DNA of 64,000 bases from Hyphomicrobiales bacterium (GTDB lineage Bacteria; Pseudomonadota; Alphaproteobacteria; Rhizobiales; Kaistiaceae): the NCBI GenBank assembly GCA_024222895.1, contig JAAEOR010000188.1, forward strand, positions 3,286 through 67,285, in the 5' to 3' direction. Numbering within the stretch: the first letter of the stretch is position 1; every line of letters begins with the position of its first letter. The notes beneath the pieces are model-generated. The model was given only the letters and a program-made list of their open reading frames with translations, did no database searches and had not been told where the DNA came from. The translations under genes were made by a program, and so were the position numbers. This document shows, piece by piece, positions 1-10,200 of the stretch.

Positions 1-1117
1 TGACAAGCCCGGCGTTGCCAACATGCTGTCGGCACTTCTCGACGAGGGAGCCGGATCCCTCGACAGCGAGGCGTTCCAACTTGCCCTGAGTGACAATTCG
101 ATCGGCCTTTCGTTCAGCGCTGGACGGGAGACGTTCCGCGGGTCCCTGCGCACACTTCTGGACACCAGGCAAGAGGCGACGCAGTTGCTCAAACTGGCAC
201 TCACCGAGCCGCGTTTTGATCCGCAGCCGGTCGAACGGATGCGGGCACAGATCCTCGCCAGTATCGTCGCGACGAAACGCGATCCCGGCGAGCAGGCAGG
301 GACCGCACTGATGGAATCGCTGTTTCCGGATCATGCCTATGGGCGTCGGACCGAAGGCACCGCGGAAAGCGTCTCCGCCATCACGGTTGACGATCTCAGG
401 ACCTATTTTGGCAGGATTATCGCACGGGATAACCTCAAGGTTGCGGTAGTCGGCGCCATTGATGCAGAGCAACTGTCAACCTTGCTCGACGAGGTATTTG
501 GCGATTTGCCGGTCAAGGCCAATCGGGTGGGGATTGCCGAGGTTCAGCCGGTGGTTGGCGCTGACATCTCGATTCCCATGGCGATTCCGCAGACTCTCAT
601 TCGGTTCGCCGGCAAGGGCCTGAAACGGGACGACCCTGATTTCATCCCGGCCTTCATTGCCAGCTACATTCTGGGCGGCGGCAGCTTCACGTCGCGGCTT
701 TATGAAGAGGTCCGGGAGGAACGAGGGCTCGCTTATTCAGTCTCCCTTGGCCTGGCATCGTTCGATCATTCCGGTGTGGTCTTCGCCAGCACATCGACGC
801 GAAGCGATCAGGCTGACACGGTGATTGCATTGATCGAATCGGAAATCATGCGCTTTGCGTCGGAAGGCCCGACCGAGGAAGAACTGGCGGGCGCAAAGGC
901 GTATCTGATCGGCAGCTACCCGCTTAGATTCGACACGTCGCGATCTATCGCCAGCCAGTTGCTGGGGATCCAGCTGGATGGGCTCGGGATCGATTATGCC
1001 GAGCGCCGCAACGACCTCATCGCTGCGGTCACCATCGAAGATGTTCGGCGCGCCGCCGATCGTTTGTTCGGCGATGGGGAAATGACGGTCGTACGCGTCG
1101 GTCAACCCGCGAGCTAG
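1..1117 (+). CDS. M16 (insulinase/pitrilysin) family peptidase subunit, 5'-partial
   Basis: Frame open from the window edge (DKPGVANM...). C-terminal M16 motifs 'LGGGSFTSRLYEEVREERGLAYSV'. No HXXEH in the visible part, so probably the non-catalytic subunit. Confidence 0.85.
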   Translation, partial: DKPGVANMLSALLDEGAGSLDSEAFQLALSDNSIGLSFSAGRETFRGSLRTLLDTRQEATQLLKLALTEPRFDPQPVERMRAQILASIVATKRDPGEQAGTALMESLFPDHAYGRRTEGTAESVSAITVDDLRTYFGRIIARDNLKVAVVGAIDAEQLSTLLDEVFGDLPVKANRVGIAEVQPVVGADISIPMAIPQTLIRFAGKGLKRDDPDFIPAFIASYILGGGSFTSRLYEEVREERGLAYSVSLGLASFDHSGVVFASTSTRSDQADTVIALIESEIMRFASEGPTEEELAGAKAYLIGSYPLRFDTSRSIASQLLGIQLDGLGIDYAERRNDLIAAVTIEDVRRAADRLFGDGEMTVVRVGQPAS

Positions 1118-1120
1118 CGC

Positions 1121-1987
1121 ATGGACACGGCGGGACGTGGCGCAGATGATGACCTGAAGATCGGCCTGCCCCTTGGTGGCGGAGCGGCTCAGGGCTTTGC
1201 TCATGTGGCCGTGTTGGAAGCGTTGGACGAACTCGGCTTGCGCCCGAAAGCCATCGCGGCAACGTCGATGGGCGCGGTGATCGGCGCTGCCTACGCCGCC
1301 GGAATGTCGGGATCTCAGATCCGCACCTATGCGACGGGGCTTTTCCAGAACCGGGCCCGGTTCGTCGGGCACCTCTGGCAGCTGAGGCCGCGCCGGGTCA
1401 AGGAAATCAGCATTGGCTTTGGGCAGTACGACCTCGAACGCGTACTTGACGCGTTTCTTCCACCGGGCCTTCCGGACGACGTCGACGATCTGCCGATTGC
1501 CTTCAAGACCGTGGCGACCGACTATTACTCTGGCAATGAGGCGGTCCTCGACAGGGGGCCGTTAACTTCGGCAATCGCGGCATCGGCGGCAGTTCCGATG
1601 CTTTTCCGGCCGATCATGAACAATGGTCGGATACTGGTTGACGGAGGGCTTTGTAATCCGGTGCCGTTCGATCTTCTCGATGATGTGGATTTCACCATCG
1701 CCTCGGATGTCGTGACCGAGCCAGGTGGTGATGCGCTCGAAGTGCCGGGTGCAGTAGAGTCGTTGTTTGGGGTGGCGTCGCTGTTGATGCGCTCGATCCT
1801 GATCGAGAAGCTCAAGGCCGGGTCGGGACCGGATGTGCTGATTCGCCTTCCGACAACCGCATCCCATATCCTCGACTTCACCAAAGCGGCCACGATCATG
1901 GAAGAAAGCGAAATCGTGAAGGATAGTGTGAAGCGGCGGCTCGAAGAGGCGCTTGGCAGCAGGACCAGGGTCTATGGCAACAGTTGA
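1121..1987 (+). CDS. Patatin-like phospholipase (RssA/NTE-like), copy 1
   Basis: Oxyanion GGGAAQG, nucleophile ATSMG, SAAVP, DGG motifs. Confidence 0.85.
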   Translation: MDTAGRGADDDLKIGLPLGGGAAQGFAHVAVLEALDELGLRPKAIAATSMGAVIGAAYAAGMSGSQIRTYATGLFQNRARFVGHLWQLRPRRVKEISIGFGQYDLERVLDAFLPPGLPDDVDDLPIAFKTVATDYYSGNEAVLDRGPLTSAIAASAAVPMLFRPIMNNGRILVDGGLCNPVPFDLLDDVDFTIASDVVTEPGGDALEVPGAVESLFGVASLLMRSILIEKLKAGSGPDVLIRLPTTASHILDFTKAATIMEESEIVKDSVKRRLEEALGSRTRVYGNS

Positions 1988-2822
1988 GAAATTCGGACTT
2001 GCGCTCAGTGGCGGCGGCGCCCGTGGATTTGCTCATATTCCGGTTCTTGAAGCGCTGGATGAGATGGGAGTCCGGCCGTCCGTCGTCACCGGGACCTCGA
2101 TCGGCGCGATCATGGGCGCGGGCTACGCAGCCGGGATGAGCGGTGCGGAGATCCGCGAGTATGCGATCAAACTGTTTGCCAACAGATCGGATGTGCTGGC
2201 CCGCGTGTGGCGCCTTCGTACAAAACGGGTCAAGGACCGGATCTCTGAGACCAGCGCTGCACTTGGCCAATTCGACGCTGAACGCGTCGTGGATTCGTTC
2301 CTCCCTGAGCGCGTCCCCCATACATTCGATTCCCTGGAGCTGCCGCTCAAGGTGGTGGCGACCGACTTTTATGGCTGGCGCCCAGCCAGCCTCGAGAGCG
2401 GATCGCTCTATCCGGCATTGGCCGCGTCTGCGGCGCTGCCGATCCTGTTTCGGCCTGTGCGGATTGCCGGTCGTGTCCTCATCGACGGTGGGATCACAAA
2501 TCCGATGCCCTTTGATCTGATCGAGGACGATGTCGATCTGGTCATGGCTGTTGATGTGGTTGGCGGCCCCGCTTCAAAGGAGAACCGCCTGCCTGGCACT
2601 ATGGAGGGGGTGTTCGGCTCCACTCAACTGCTCATGCAGTCGATCATGGCCGAAAAAATGAAGGGCCCCCGCCCGCCGGACATCCTCATACGACCGCCGG
2701 TCAGCGCCCGGGTGCTTGAGTTCCTCAAGGTCAAGCGGATCATCGAAAAGGCCGAGCCAGCCAAGGAGGACGTGAAGCGGCTCCTCGATCGAGCGTTGTC
2801 GGCTTCACTTGTTGGCAGCTGA
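1974..2822 (+). CDS. Patatin-like phospholipase, copy 2
   Basis: GGGARG, GTSIG, SAALP, DGG motifs. ATG 1974 overlaps the end of copy 1. Confidence 0.88.
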   Translation: MATVEKFGLALSGGGARGFAHIPVLEALDEMGVRPSVVTGTSIGAIMGAGYAAGMSGAEIREYAIKLFANRSDVLARVWRLRTKRVKDRISETSAALGQFDAERVVDSFLPERVPHTFDSLELPLKVVATDFYGWRPASLESGSLYPALAASAALPILFRPVRIAGRVLIDGGITNPMPFDLIEDDVDLVMAVDVVGGPASKENRLPGTMEGVFGSTQLLMQSIMAEKMKGPRPPDILIRPPVSARVLEFLKVKRIIEKAEPAKEDVKRLLDRALSASLVGS

Positions 2823-4241
2823 ATCACCGTCCGCTGTAGAACCGGCGGAAAGCGCCGCCCTCTGCCCACGTTGCTGGAACCAGGGTCGTCGCTCCTCGCC
2901 GAGGCGACCGATCACCCGGTAACAGACGAACAGGGCGGCCAGCCCGAAAGGAATGCCGCCGATCATGAACCCGGCAAGAACGCCGTCGGCGCCGGCGATG
3001 TCGGCACCCACCCAGATGAACGGAGCCGCCCCCAGGGTCGCTCGACCCCAATTGAACATTGTTGAAAGCGCGGCGTAACCCAGATTGTTGAAAGCCGCAT
3101 TCGAAATGAACAGTCCTCCGGCAAAGACCCACGTGATCGCCAGATAGGTGCAGAACGCCTCGACGAGATCGGCAGCCTCGCCGGACAGGCTGAAGCCGCT
3201 GATGATCCATGGCTGGGCGAGAAACAGGATAGCGCAGACGACCACGACATAGATGATGCTCACGGTCAGAGCGTCGTTCATCGCGCCGCGGACCCGCCTG
3301 AACGCGGCGGCGCCGAAGTTCTGGGCAAGAATCGGCCCGACTGCCCCGGACAGAGCGAACAATCCGCCAAAGGCCAGCGGAATAAGCCGTGAGATCACTG
3401 TCCACCCGGCGACCGCCTGGTCGCCGTATGGTGCTATGGCCGCCGTTACATAGCCATTGCCGACCGGTGTGGCGATTTGGGTCAGGACCGCCGGGCCGGC
3501 GATCGCTGCCAGCGGTCGAAAGTCTCGCAAGACCCGGGCGATGGTTGGCCGAGCTATCAGGTCGTGGTGGACGATGAGAGCGTGCAAGGCATAGCCCACC
3601 ATCGCGAAGCGGGCGATCACCGAGGCAACCGCCGCACCGGTCACGCCCCAACCGAATCCCAGAATGAGAATTGGATCCAGGATCGCGATCGACAGTCCAT
3701 AGGCAAGTGTTGTGAACATCGAACGGCGGGCGTCACCCACCGCGCGCAGCAGCCCGGTGAAACACATTCCGAGAGCAAACAGCGGCGTTGTTGGCAAGAC
3801 GATCCATGTGAACAGTGTTGCCACCGAATGGGTCTCGCCGCGCGCTCCGAGAAGGCGGAGCATGTCGTCGGCCAGCGGCAGGCTCAAAAATGTGGCGCCG
3901 CCGGTGAAGACCGCCATCCAGACCACCGCCGAACCGGCGACCTCGCGGGCGTGCGGGCGATTGTCCGCGCCGAGTGCGCGGGCGACCAGCGCCGTGGCGC
4001 CGATCATTACGCCGATGGCCAGGGAGATATAGAAAAAGATCAGCGCCGACGCGTATCCCACCGCCGCTGTCAGGCCAGGATCGCCAAGAAGCGAAATGTA
4101 GAACAGGTTGAGGACGTCGACGGCAAACAGCGCCACCAGGCCGGCGGCGCCGGCGCTGGCCATCACGATGACGTGACGCATGGTTGAGCCGGTGACGAAG
4201 CGGGCCTTTTCAGCCGAACCGCCGGTGGAGCGTGATGGCAT
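2805..4241 (-). CDS. MATE family efflux transporter
   Basis: About 12 TM helices, 'LRAVGDARRSM', 'ILDPILILGFGWGVTGAAVAS', 'QNFGA'. Start trimmed to ATG 4241. Confidence 0.85.
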   Translation of the reverse strand: MPSRSTGGSAEKARFVTGSTMRHVIVMASAGAAGLVALFAVDVLNLFYISLLGDPGLTAAVGYASALIFFYISLAIGVMIGATALVARALGADNRPHAREVAGSAVVWMAVFTGGATFLSLPLADDMLRLLGARGETHSVATLFTWIVLPTTPLFALGMCFTGLLRAVGDARRSMFTTLAYGLSIAILDPILILGFGWGVTGAAVASVIARFAMVGYALHALIVHHDLIARPTIARVLRDFRPLAAIAGPAVLTQIATPVGNGYVTAAIAPYGDQAVAGWTVISRLIPLAFGGLFALSGAVGPILAQNFGAAAFRRVRGAMNDALTVSIIYVVVVCAILFLAQPWIISGFSLSGEAADLVEAFCTYLAITWVFAGGLFISNAAFNNLGYAALSTMFNWGRATLGAAPFIWVGADIAGADGVLAGFMIGGIPFGLAALFVCYRVIGRLGEERRPWFQQRGQRAALSAGSTADGDSAANK

Positions 4242-4363
4242 TGCTGGTCCCGGGTTTAGGCAAACGCCGTCGGCGACGACTCGGCAGGTCCTCCATATGG
4301 ACCGCAAGCGGCCTTGGAGCAATCCGCGCGACACCGCTTGCCCCAGCGAGTTAACCGCCATAG

Positions 4364-5728
4364 ATGAGTGATCAAGGAGTCACCATGACACAGATGCTCG
4401 ACCAGTCCGACTTGACCGACCGCGCGGCGCGGCTCGTGGAAGCCGCCAGGAAGGCAGGGGCGGACGCCGCAGATACCGTGTGCGTTCGCGGCGTTTCGCT
4501 CTCCGTCGATATGCGGCTGGGCAAGACAGAAGAGACCCGCCGCGCCGAAGGCGACGATTTTACACTGCGAGCGTTTGTTGGCCAGCGCTCGGCAACCGTA
4601 TCGGCGAATGTTCTGTCCGATCCGGCTGAGCTTGCCGAGCGGGCAGTTGCGATGGCGCGAGTGGCTCCGGAGGATCGCTTCGCTGGTCTTGCCGAAGCGG
4701 ACAAGCTGGCCACCACCATCGCCGACCTCGACCTGTTGGACGAGACGGTCCCTCAGGCGGCGGAACTGACCGATGCCGCGCTCGAAACCGAGGACGCCAT
4801 GCGTGCGGTCCCTGGCGTCGAGAATTCGGGTGGGGCCTCGGCCGGCTGGTATCTGGGCGGCATGGTTCTGGCCACCTCACATGGCTTCGTGGGTTCCTAT
4901 CTCGCTTCGCGCTTCAGTCTTTCTGCCACTGCGATCGCGGGAAGCGGAACCGCGATGGAGAGGGACTACTGGTCGGAGGTGTGCACTCACAAGGCAGACC
5001 TGGCCGCTCCGATTTTGGTGGGTCAGAAGGCCGGTGAACGGGCCGTTCGGCGTCTCAATCCGGTCCAGTACGCGACCGGTGAGGCCACGATTGTCTTCGA
5101 CCCGAGGGTTTCCAGCGGCCTCGTCGGAAGCCTCGCTGGTGCCACCAGCGGCTCGGCGATTGCCCGCAACACAAGCTTTTTGCGTGACAAGCTTGGTGAA
5201 GCGATTTTTAGAGCAGGGATCACCGTGACCGACGATCCGGCTCGGCGCCGAGGATTGGCCTCGCAGCCCTTCGATGGCGAAGGCGTTCAGCCCGAGGGCT
5301 TCGACCTCATAGAGGACGGCGTGCTGAAGGGGTGGTTCCTGGATTCGGCAACCGGACGCGAGCTTGATCTCCCGACCAACGGCCACGCGCAGCGGCGGGG
5401 CGGCAACCCGTCGCCCGGTGTCACGAATCTCGCGCTGCAGCCGGGTGTTCAATCGGCGGCCGAGTTGATGGCGGAGGTTGGCGACGGCATCTATGTTACC
5501 GAGATGATCGGCCATGGTGCCAACCTGCTGACTGGTGACTACAGCCGCGGCGCCGCCGGTTTTGCCATCCGCAACGGGGCGCTGGCCGAGTCGGTGAGCG
5601 AGATCACTGTGGCAGGCAACCTGGCTGATATGTACCTGCGGATGGTGCCCGCCTCGGATCTTGAATATCGTTTTGCCGTCAACGCTCCGACGGTTGCCAT
5701 TGAAGGCATGACGGTGGCTGGACGCTGA
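4364..5728 (+). CDS. pmbA: TldE/PmbA metalloprotease subunit
   Basis: 'SQPFDGEGV', 'NLLTGDYSRGAAGF', 'EITVAGNL'. No HExxxH motif. Confidence 0.9.
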   Translation: MSDQGVTMTQMLDQSDLTDRAARLVEAARKAGADAADTVCVRGVSLSVDMRLGKTEETRRAEGDDFTLRAFVGQRSATVSANVLSDPAELAERAVAMARVAPEDRFAGLAEADKLATTIADLDLLDETVPQAAELTDAALETEDAMRAVPGVENSGGASAGWYLGGMVLATSHGFVGSYLASRFSLSATAIAGSGTAMERDYWSEVCTHKADLAAPILVGQKAGERAVRRLNPVQYATGEATIVFDPRVSSGLVGSLAGATSGSAIARNTSFLRDKLGEAIFRAGITVTDDPARRRGLASQPFDGEGVQPEGFDLIEDGVLKGWFLDSATGRELDLPTNGHAQRRGGNPSPGVTNLALQPGVQSAAELMAEVGDGIYVTEMIGHGANLLTGDYSRGAAGFAIRNGALAESVSEITVAGNLADMYLRMVPASDLEYRFAVNAPTVAIEGMTVAGR

Positions 5729-5730
5729 AA

Positions 5731-6534
5731 GTGGCGCAAACCGACCTCGATGATGACCTGAGGCTGCTGAAGACGGCCGGTGCCGAAGCGGCGGACCTGG
5801 CGCTCACCTATTTCAAGCGCGATCCGAAGGTGTGGACCAAAGACGGAGGGTCGCCGGTCAGCGAGGCAGACTTTGCCGTCGATGCGCGACTGGCGGAGAC
5901 ATTGCGCGCGGCTCGGCCGGGCTATGGCTGGCTCTCCGAAGAAACCGCCGACAACGCCGACCGGCTGAAATGTTCGCGGCTGTTTGTCGTCGATCCGATC
6001 GACGGAACGCGCGCCTTTCTGGATGGCAGCACCGACTGGACCGTTTCATTGGCGGTCGTCGAGCAGGGCCGCCCGGTCGCCTCCGTATTGGTTGGACCGG
6101 CCCTGTCGACAACCTTCTGGGCAACGGCCCGCGGCGGCGCGTTCCGGGACGGGCGCCGGCTGGCGGCGACTGACCCGCTTAGTCTCGTCAATATCAGACT
6201 GGCCGCATCGAGGCGTGTCATGCGGGCTTTCGAGCCCAGGCACGGTGCTCCGCCCAAGCGGCGTTACATAGCCTCCCTGGCCTATCGTCTTGCGCAGGTT
6301 GCGACCGGCGACCTTGACACCGTTATCGTCAGCCCAGGCGCACAGGACTGGGACCTTGCAGCCGCAGACCTTTTGGTGCAGGAAGCCGGGGCGCGACTCG
6401 CTGACCTGACCGGCGACCCGCTGCGCTACAATCGGCCGGAAACGTCCTGCCCGATGCTCGTGGCCGCGTCGCCGCGACTGTTTGGCCAGGTGGTCGAAGT
6501 GGTCGGCGGCGAGCGCGAGCGCGCCGAAGCCTAG
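5731..6534 (+). CDS. 3'(2'),5'-bisphosphate nucleotidase CysQ / inositol monophosphatase family
   Basis: 'LSEE', 'VDPIDGTRAF', 'WDLAAADLLVQEAG'. GTG start. Confidence 0.85.
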   Translation: MAQTDLDDDLRLLKTAGAEAADLALTYFKRDPKVWTKDGGSPVSEADFAVDARLAETLRAARPGYGWLSEETADNADRLKCSRLFVVDPIDGTRAFLDGSTDWTVSLAVVEQGRPVASVLVGPALSTTFWATARGGAFRDGRRLAATDPLSLVNIRLAASRRVMRAFEPRHGAPPKRRYIASLAYRLAQVATGDLDTVIVSPGAQDWDLAAADLLVQEAGARLADLTGDPLRYNRPETSCPMLVAASPRLFGQVVEVVGGERERAEA

Positions 6535-6549
6535 GAGCCACGCACCAAG

Positions 6550-6825
6550 ATGGCGGAATCGAACGAAGACGAGATGGAACAAACACCACAACTTCTCCAT
6601 TTGGTATTTGGCGGTGAGCTTGAGGATATCGATGGAATCCGGTTCGCCGATCTCAAGGGCCTGGATATTGTTGGGGTTTACCCGAATTATGCAACCGCCT
6701 ACGACGCGTGGAAGTCCAGGGCACAGGCAACTGTCGATAACGCGCGGATGCGCTTTTTCATTGTTCATCTTCATCGGCTGCTGGATCCGGAGACCGAAAG
6801 TGCGCCGGCCGAAGGCGGCACATAG
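6550..6825 (+). CDS. DUF4170-type small conserved protein
   Basis: 'QLLHLVFGGEL...LDIVGVYPNY...TVDNARMRFFIVHLHRLLDP'. AGGAG upstream. Confidence 0.8.
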   Translation: MAESNEDEMEQTPQLLHLVFGGELEDIDGIRFADLKGLDIVGVYPNYATAYDAWKSRAQATVDNARMRFFIVHLHRLLDPETESAPAEGGT

Positions 6826-6987
6826 TGGCTCGGCAGGGCCATTGAACCGGGGCAGTTTCCAGTGCATCGACCGAATGAAACGCGGAGAGGTTTGCAGCCT
6901 GCTCGTTGGATAGCGCCCTCACACCGGCGCCGGTCGGTTGCAGAATGAGTGTCATGACGCGTTTGGTGCTTCGCTTCCGAGAAGCCG

Positions 6988-7830
6988 ATGGTTGACTCGC
7001 TGAACCGCCTGGAAAAGCGGGAGGCCCCTGACAGCGCGACCGCGGTTGGGGCTGGTGGCCCAAGTGCACCTGCTACCGGGGCCGGACAGCCGGCGCCTGC
7101 TGTTTCAAAAAAGAAGCGACGGAAGCCGCGCCTGTCGACCCGCGTGCTCCGAAGTCCGACCGTGCAGCGCAGCGTGGCCAGCCTTGCTGCCGGCTTCTTG
7201 CGATTGGTCAACCGGACGAATCCTATGGCCTTTGATCCGCCGGACGCGTATGCGCAGTATATCGACCGCGCGCCAGTGATTTTCACGATGTGGCATGGTC
7301 AGCACTTCATGTTGCCATTCGCCCGTATCTTTGACTTCGACGCGCGCGTATTGATTTCCCGCAGCCATGATGGCGAGATCAATGCCATCGTGGCCCGCAA
7401 GTTGGGCATTCGGACAATTCGTGGCTCGACTGCTCGCAATCCGTCACGGGTGCTGGAGAAGGGGGGAATGGCCGGCTTTCTCGAAATGCAGTCGGCCCTC
7501 GGCGATGGCGCTTGCGTGTCGATGACAGCCGACATCTCCAATCTCGCCTCCCGGCGGGCCGGAAAAGGCATTGTCGCGCTGGCAAAGGCGAGCGGTCGTC
7601 CGATCATTCCGATCGCCTACGCCTCGAGCCGGCGAATTGACGTCAAGAGTTGGGACCGCGCGACCATCAACCTGCCATTCGGCCGTGCGACTTGCGCGGT
7701 CGGTAACCCCGTGGATGTTCCCGCCGACGCTGACGCGGCGCGTCTCGAGCAGGCGCGGCAGGCAGTCGAAGCATCGCTGAATGAGGCCACCGAACGCGCC
7801 TATCACATCGTTGACCGCCGTGAAGGATAG
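6988..7830 (+). CDS. Lysophospholipid acyltransferase family protein (DUF374-like)
   Basis: 'WHGQH', 'LISRSHDGE', 'IRGS', 'SWDR...LPFGR'. Lies upstream of waaA. Confidence 0.8.
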   Translation: MVDSLNRLEKREAPDSATAVGAGGPSAPATGAGQPAPAVSKKKRRKPRLSTRVLRSPTVQRSVASLAAGFLRLVNRTNPMAFDPPDAYAQYIDRAPVIFTMWHGQHFMLPFARIFDFDARVLISRSHDGEINAIVARKLGIRTIRGSTARNPSRVLEKGGMAGFLEMQSALGDGACVSMTADISNLASRRAGKGIVALAKASGRPIIPIAYASSRRIDVKSWDRATINLPFGRATCAVGNPVDVPADADAARLEQARQAVEASLNEATERAYHIVDRREG

Positions 7831-9151
7831 GCCGCCGACACCATTTCTGCTGAACGTCTATCGTGCTTTTGGCAGCGTGGTCGCTCGTCCGCTGGCGCCG
7901 CTTGTCCTGTCTTATCGCGCCTCGCGGGGCAAGGAGCTTCGTGATCGGGTTTCCGAGCGATACGGTCGAGCGTCGCAGCCACGGCCGTCAGGTTCAGTGG
8001 TCTGGGTACACGCGGCAAGCGTAGGTGAGACCAACGCCGTCCTGCCGCTGATCAGGCGCGTTGTGGAGAGTGGCCATTCGGTCGTTCTCACGACGGTCAC
8101 CGTGACCGCCGCAATGATGGCTGCCGAAAAGTTGCCTGCCGGAGCCGTGCATCAATTTTCCCCGATCGATATCCGCCGATGCGTCACGGCATTTCTCGAC
8201 CATTGGCGTCCGGATATGGCGATGTTCGTCGAATCGGAGCTGTGGCCCGAGGCCATCGTCACCCTCGACGCGGCCGTCATACCGTTGGCCATCGTCAATG
8301 GCCGGCTGTCCCAACGTTCGTTCAACGGGTGGCGCCGCCATGAAGCAGTCGCGGCAGCCCTGTTCCAGCGTGTCAATCTCTGTCTCGCCCAATCCGAAAA
8401 GGATGGCGAGCGATATCGCGCCCTCGGCGTTCCCGAGGTGGTTGTGACCGGCAATCTGAAGTTTGATGCGCCGCAGCTGGGCGTCGATTCGCAGGCGCTT
8501 GTGAACCTGAAGGCCGAAATCGGCGACAGGCCGGTTTGGCTTGCCGCAAGTACCCATCATGGCGAGGAAGCGGTCGTGGCGGACGCGTTCGAGGCGCTGG
8601 CCGTGCAGCATCCGCGACTGCTGACGATCATCGTGCCTCGGCATCCACATCGGGGCGACGAGGTGGCCGCGATGCTGGCAGATCGCGGGATCCGTGTCGC
8701 CCGGCGCAGTGCCGCTGAGCAGCTCTCTCCGACAACGCAGATTTACGTTGCGGATACGCTCGGCGAGCTCGGCTTGTTCTATCGGGTGGCACCGGTCGCC
8801 TTCGTCGGCGGCTCGCTGGTTGATCACGGCGGCCAGAATCCGATCGAACCCGTTCATCTCGGCGTGGCGGTCCTCCACGGTCCGCATACTCAGAATTTTC
8901 ATCAGGTCTATGACACGCTCGACGGCGCCGTGCCGAATGGGCGTGTCGCCGCGGCCGAGGAACTCGTAGCGAACGCCGGTCGGCTGATGATCGACGCGGA
9001 AGCACGGGAAAGATCCGTTACGGCGGCCCAGGCGGCCCTGGCACCGTTTCGTGGCGCGCTCGACCGAACAGTCAATGCGCTTGGTCCGGTCCTCAGCAGT
9101 CGCCGCCGGGCCGTCGTCGATGATGGGCAGCTCGAACCGGCCCGGTCGTGA
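7820..9151 (+). CDS. waaA: 3-deoxy-D-manno-octulosonic acid (Kdo) transferase
   Basis: 'WVHAASVGE', 'ESELWP', 'TGNLKFD', 'ASTHHGEE', 'PRHPHR', 'GGQNPIEP'. Start set at GTG 7820. Confidence 0.93.
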   Translation: MKDRPPTPFLLNVYRAFGSVVARPLAPLVLSYRASRGKELRDRVSERYGRASQPRPSGSVVWVHAASVGETNAVLPLIRRVVESGHSVVLTTVTVTAAMMAAEKLPAGAVHQFSPIDIRRCVTAFLDHWRPDMAMFVESELWPEAIVTLDAAVIPLAIVNGRLSQRSFNGWRRHEAVAAALFQRVNLCLAQSEKDGERYRALGVPEVVVTGNLKFDAPQLGVDSQALVNLKAEIGDRPVWLAASTHHGEEAVVADAFEALAVQHPRLLTIIVPRHPHRGDEVAAMLADRGIRVARRSAAEQLSPTTQIYVADTLGELGLFYRVAPVAFVGGSLVDHGGQNPIEPVHLGVAVLHGPHTQNFHQVYDTLDGAVPNGRVAAAEELVANAGRLMIDAEARERSVTAAQAALAPFRGALDRTVNALGPVLSSRRRAVVDDGQLEPARS

Positions 9152-10185
9152 TCTCTGCGCCTTCCTTCTGGTGGCGGGACCGGCCGACTGCAGCCGCCGT
9201 CGCGCTTTGGCCTATCTCCAAACTATGGGGCGTGTCAGCGGCGCGGCGAATGGCCAGGCCGCCGAGATACCGCCCGCCGGTGCCAGTCATCTGCGTCGGG
9301 AATTTTGTGGTCGGCGGCGCTGGCAAGACACCAACGGCGATCGCACTGGCGAAGATAGCACGCCGGCTTGGCCTTAGACCCGGATTCGTTGCTCCCGGTT
9401 ATGGTGGCGCAGAGACCGGGCCTCTGATCGTCGATATTGAGCGCCATAGCGCCAAGGATGTGGGGGACGAGCCGTTGCTGCTGGCGGCAGTGGCGGTGAC
9501 CGCGATCGGCCGTGATCGGGCCGCATCGTCGCGTCTCCTGCAGGATCAAGAGGTCGACATGATCATCATGGATGACGGGTTTCAGAATCCGTCATTGGCC
9601 AAGGACACATCATTCGTTTGTATTGACGCGGGCGCCGGGGTGGGGAACGGCCTGGTGCTGCCCGCGGGACCCTTGCGCGCGCCACTTCAGTATCAACTCC
9701 TGCGGGCCGACACTCTGGTGTTGATCGGTGACGGCGAGCGGGCCGAATCCCTCATACGCGTGGCTGCACGCGCAGGGCGTCCCACATTGCAGGCAAGACT
9801 CAAGCCGCTCAGGATTCGGGAATGGCGGAATGAGCCGATCCTTGCGTTTGCCGGAATCGGCCGACCGGCCAAGTTTTTTGAATCCCTCGAGACCATCGGC
9901 GCCCGACTGGAAGAGACCGCAGCCTTTCCCGACCACCATCGCTATACGGAGGCTGACGCGAACCGGCTACTGACGGAGGCGGGGCGGAACCGGTTGCGAC
10001 TGGTCACGACGGAGAAGGATCTTGTTCGCCTGGCTGGTGAAACCGGTGCATTGGCGACCCTTCGCGATCAGACCGAGGCCTTTCCGGTTGTGCTTGAGTT
10101 CGAGAATCGGCCAGCTGTCGAGGAGATCATCTCTGCCGCAATCCGCGCAGCCGTTGCTGCGCCGGAGACGCACCGGCAAACCTGA
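9148..10185 (+). CDS. lpxK: Tetraacyldisaccharide 4'-kinase
   Basis: 'VGNFVVGGAGKTP', 'GDEPLLL', 'DDGFQ', 'PAGPLR', 'FPDHH', 'TTEKD'. Confidence 0.95.
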   Translation: MISAPSFWWRDRPTAAAVALWPISKLWGVSAARRMARPPRYRPPVPVICVGNFVVGGAGKTPTAIALAKIARRLGLRPGFVAPGYGGAETGPLIVDIERHSAKDVGDEPLLLAAVAVTAIGRDRAASSRLLQDQEVDMIIMDDGFQNPSLAKDTSFVCIDAGAGVGNGLVLPAGPLRAPLQYQLLRADTLVLIGDGERAESLIRVAARAGRPTLQARLKPLRIREWRNEPILAFAGIGRPAKFFESLETIGARLEETAAFPDHHRYTEADANRLLTEAGRNRLRLVTTEKDLVRLAGETGALATLRDQTEAFPVVLEFENRPAVEEIISAAIRAAVAAPETHRQT

Positions 10186-10187
10186 TT

Positions 10188-10200
10188 ATACCCTTGGTAT
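10188..10200. repeat. ATACCCTTGGTAT palindromic motif (family B)
   Basis: Identical 13-mer at 25944-25956 and a related hairpin at 25891-25930. Fills the gap between two convergent stop codons. Confidence 0.6.
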
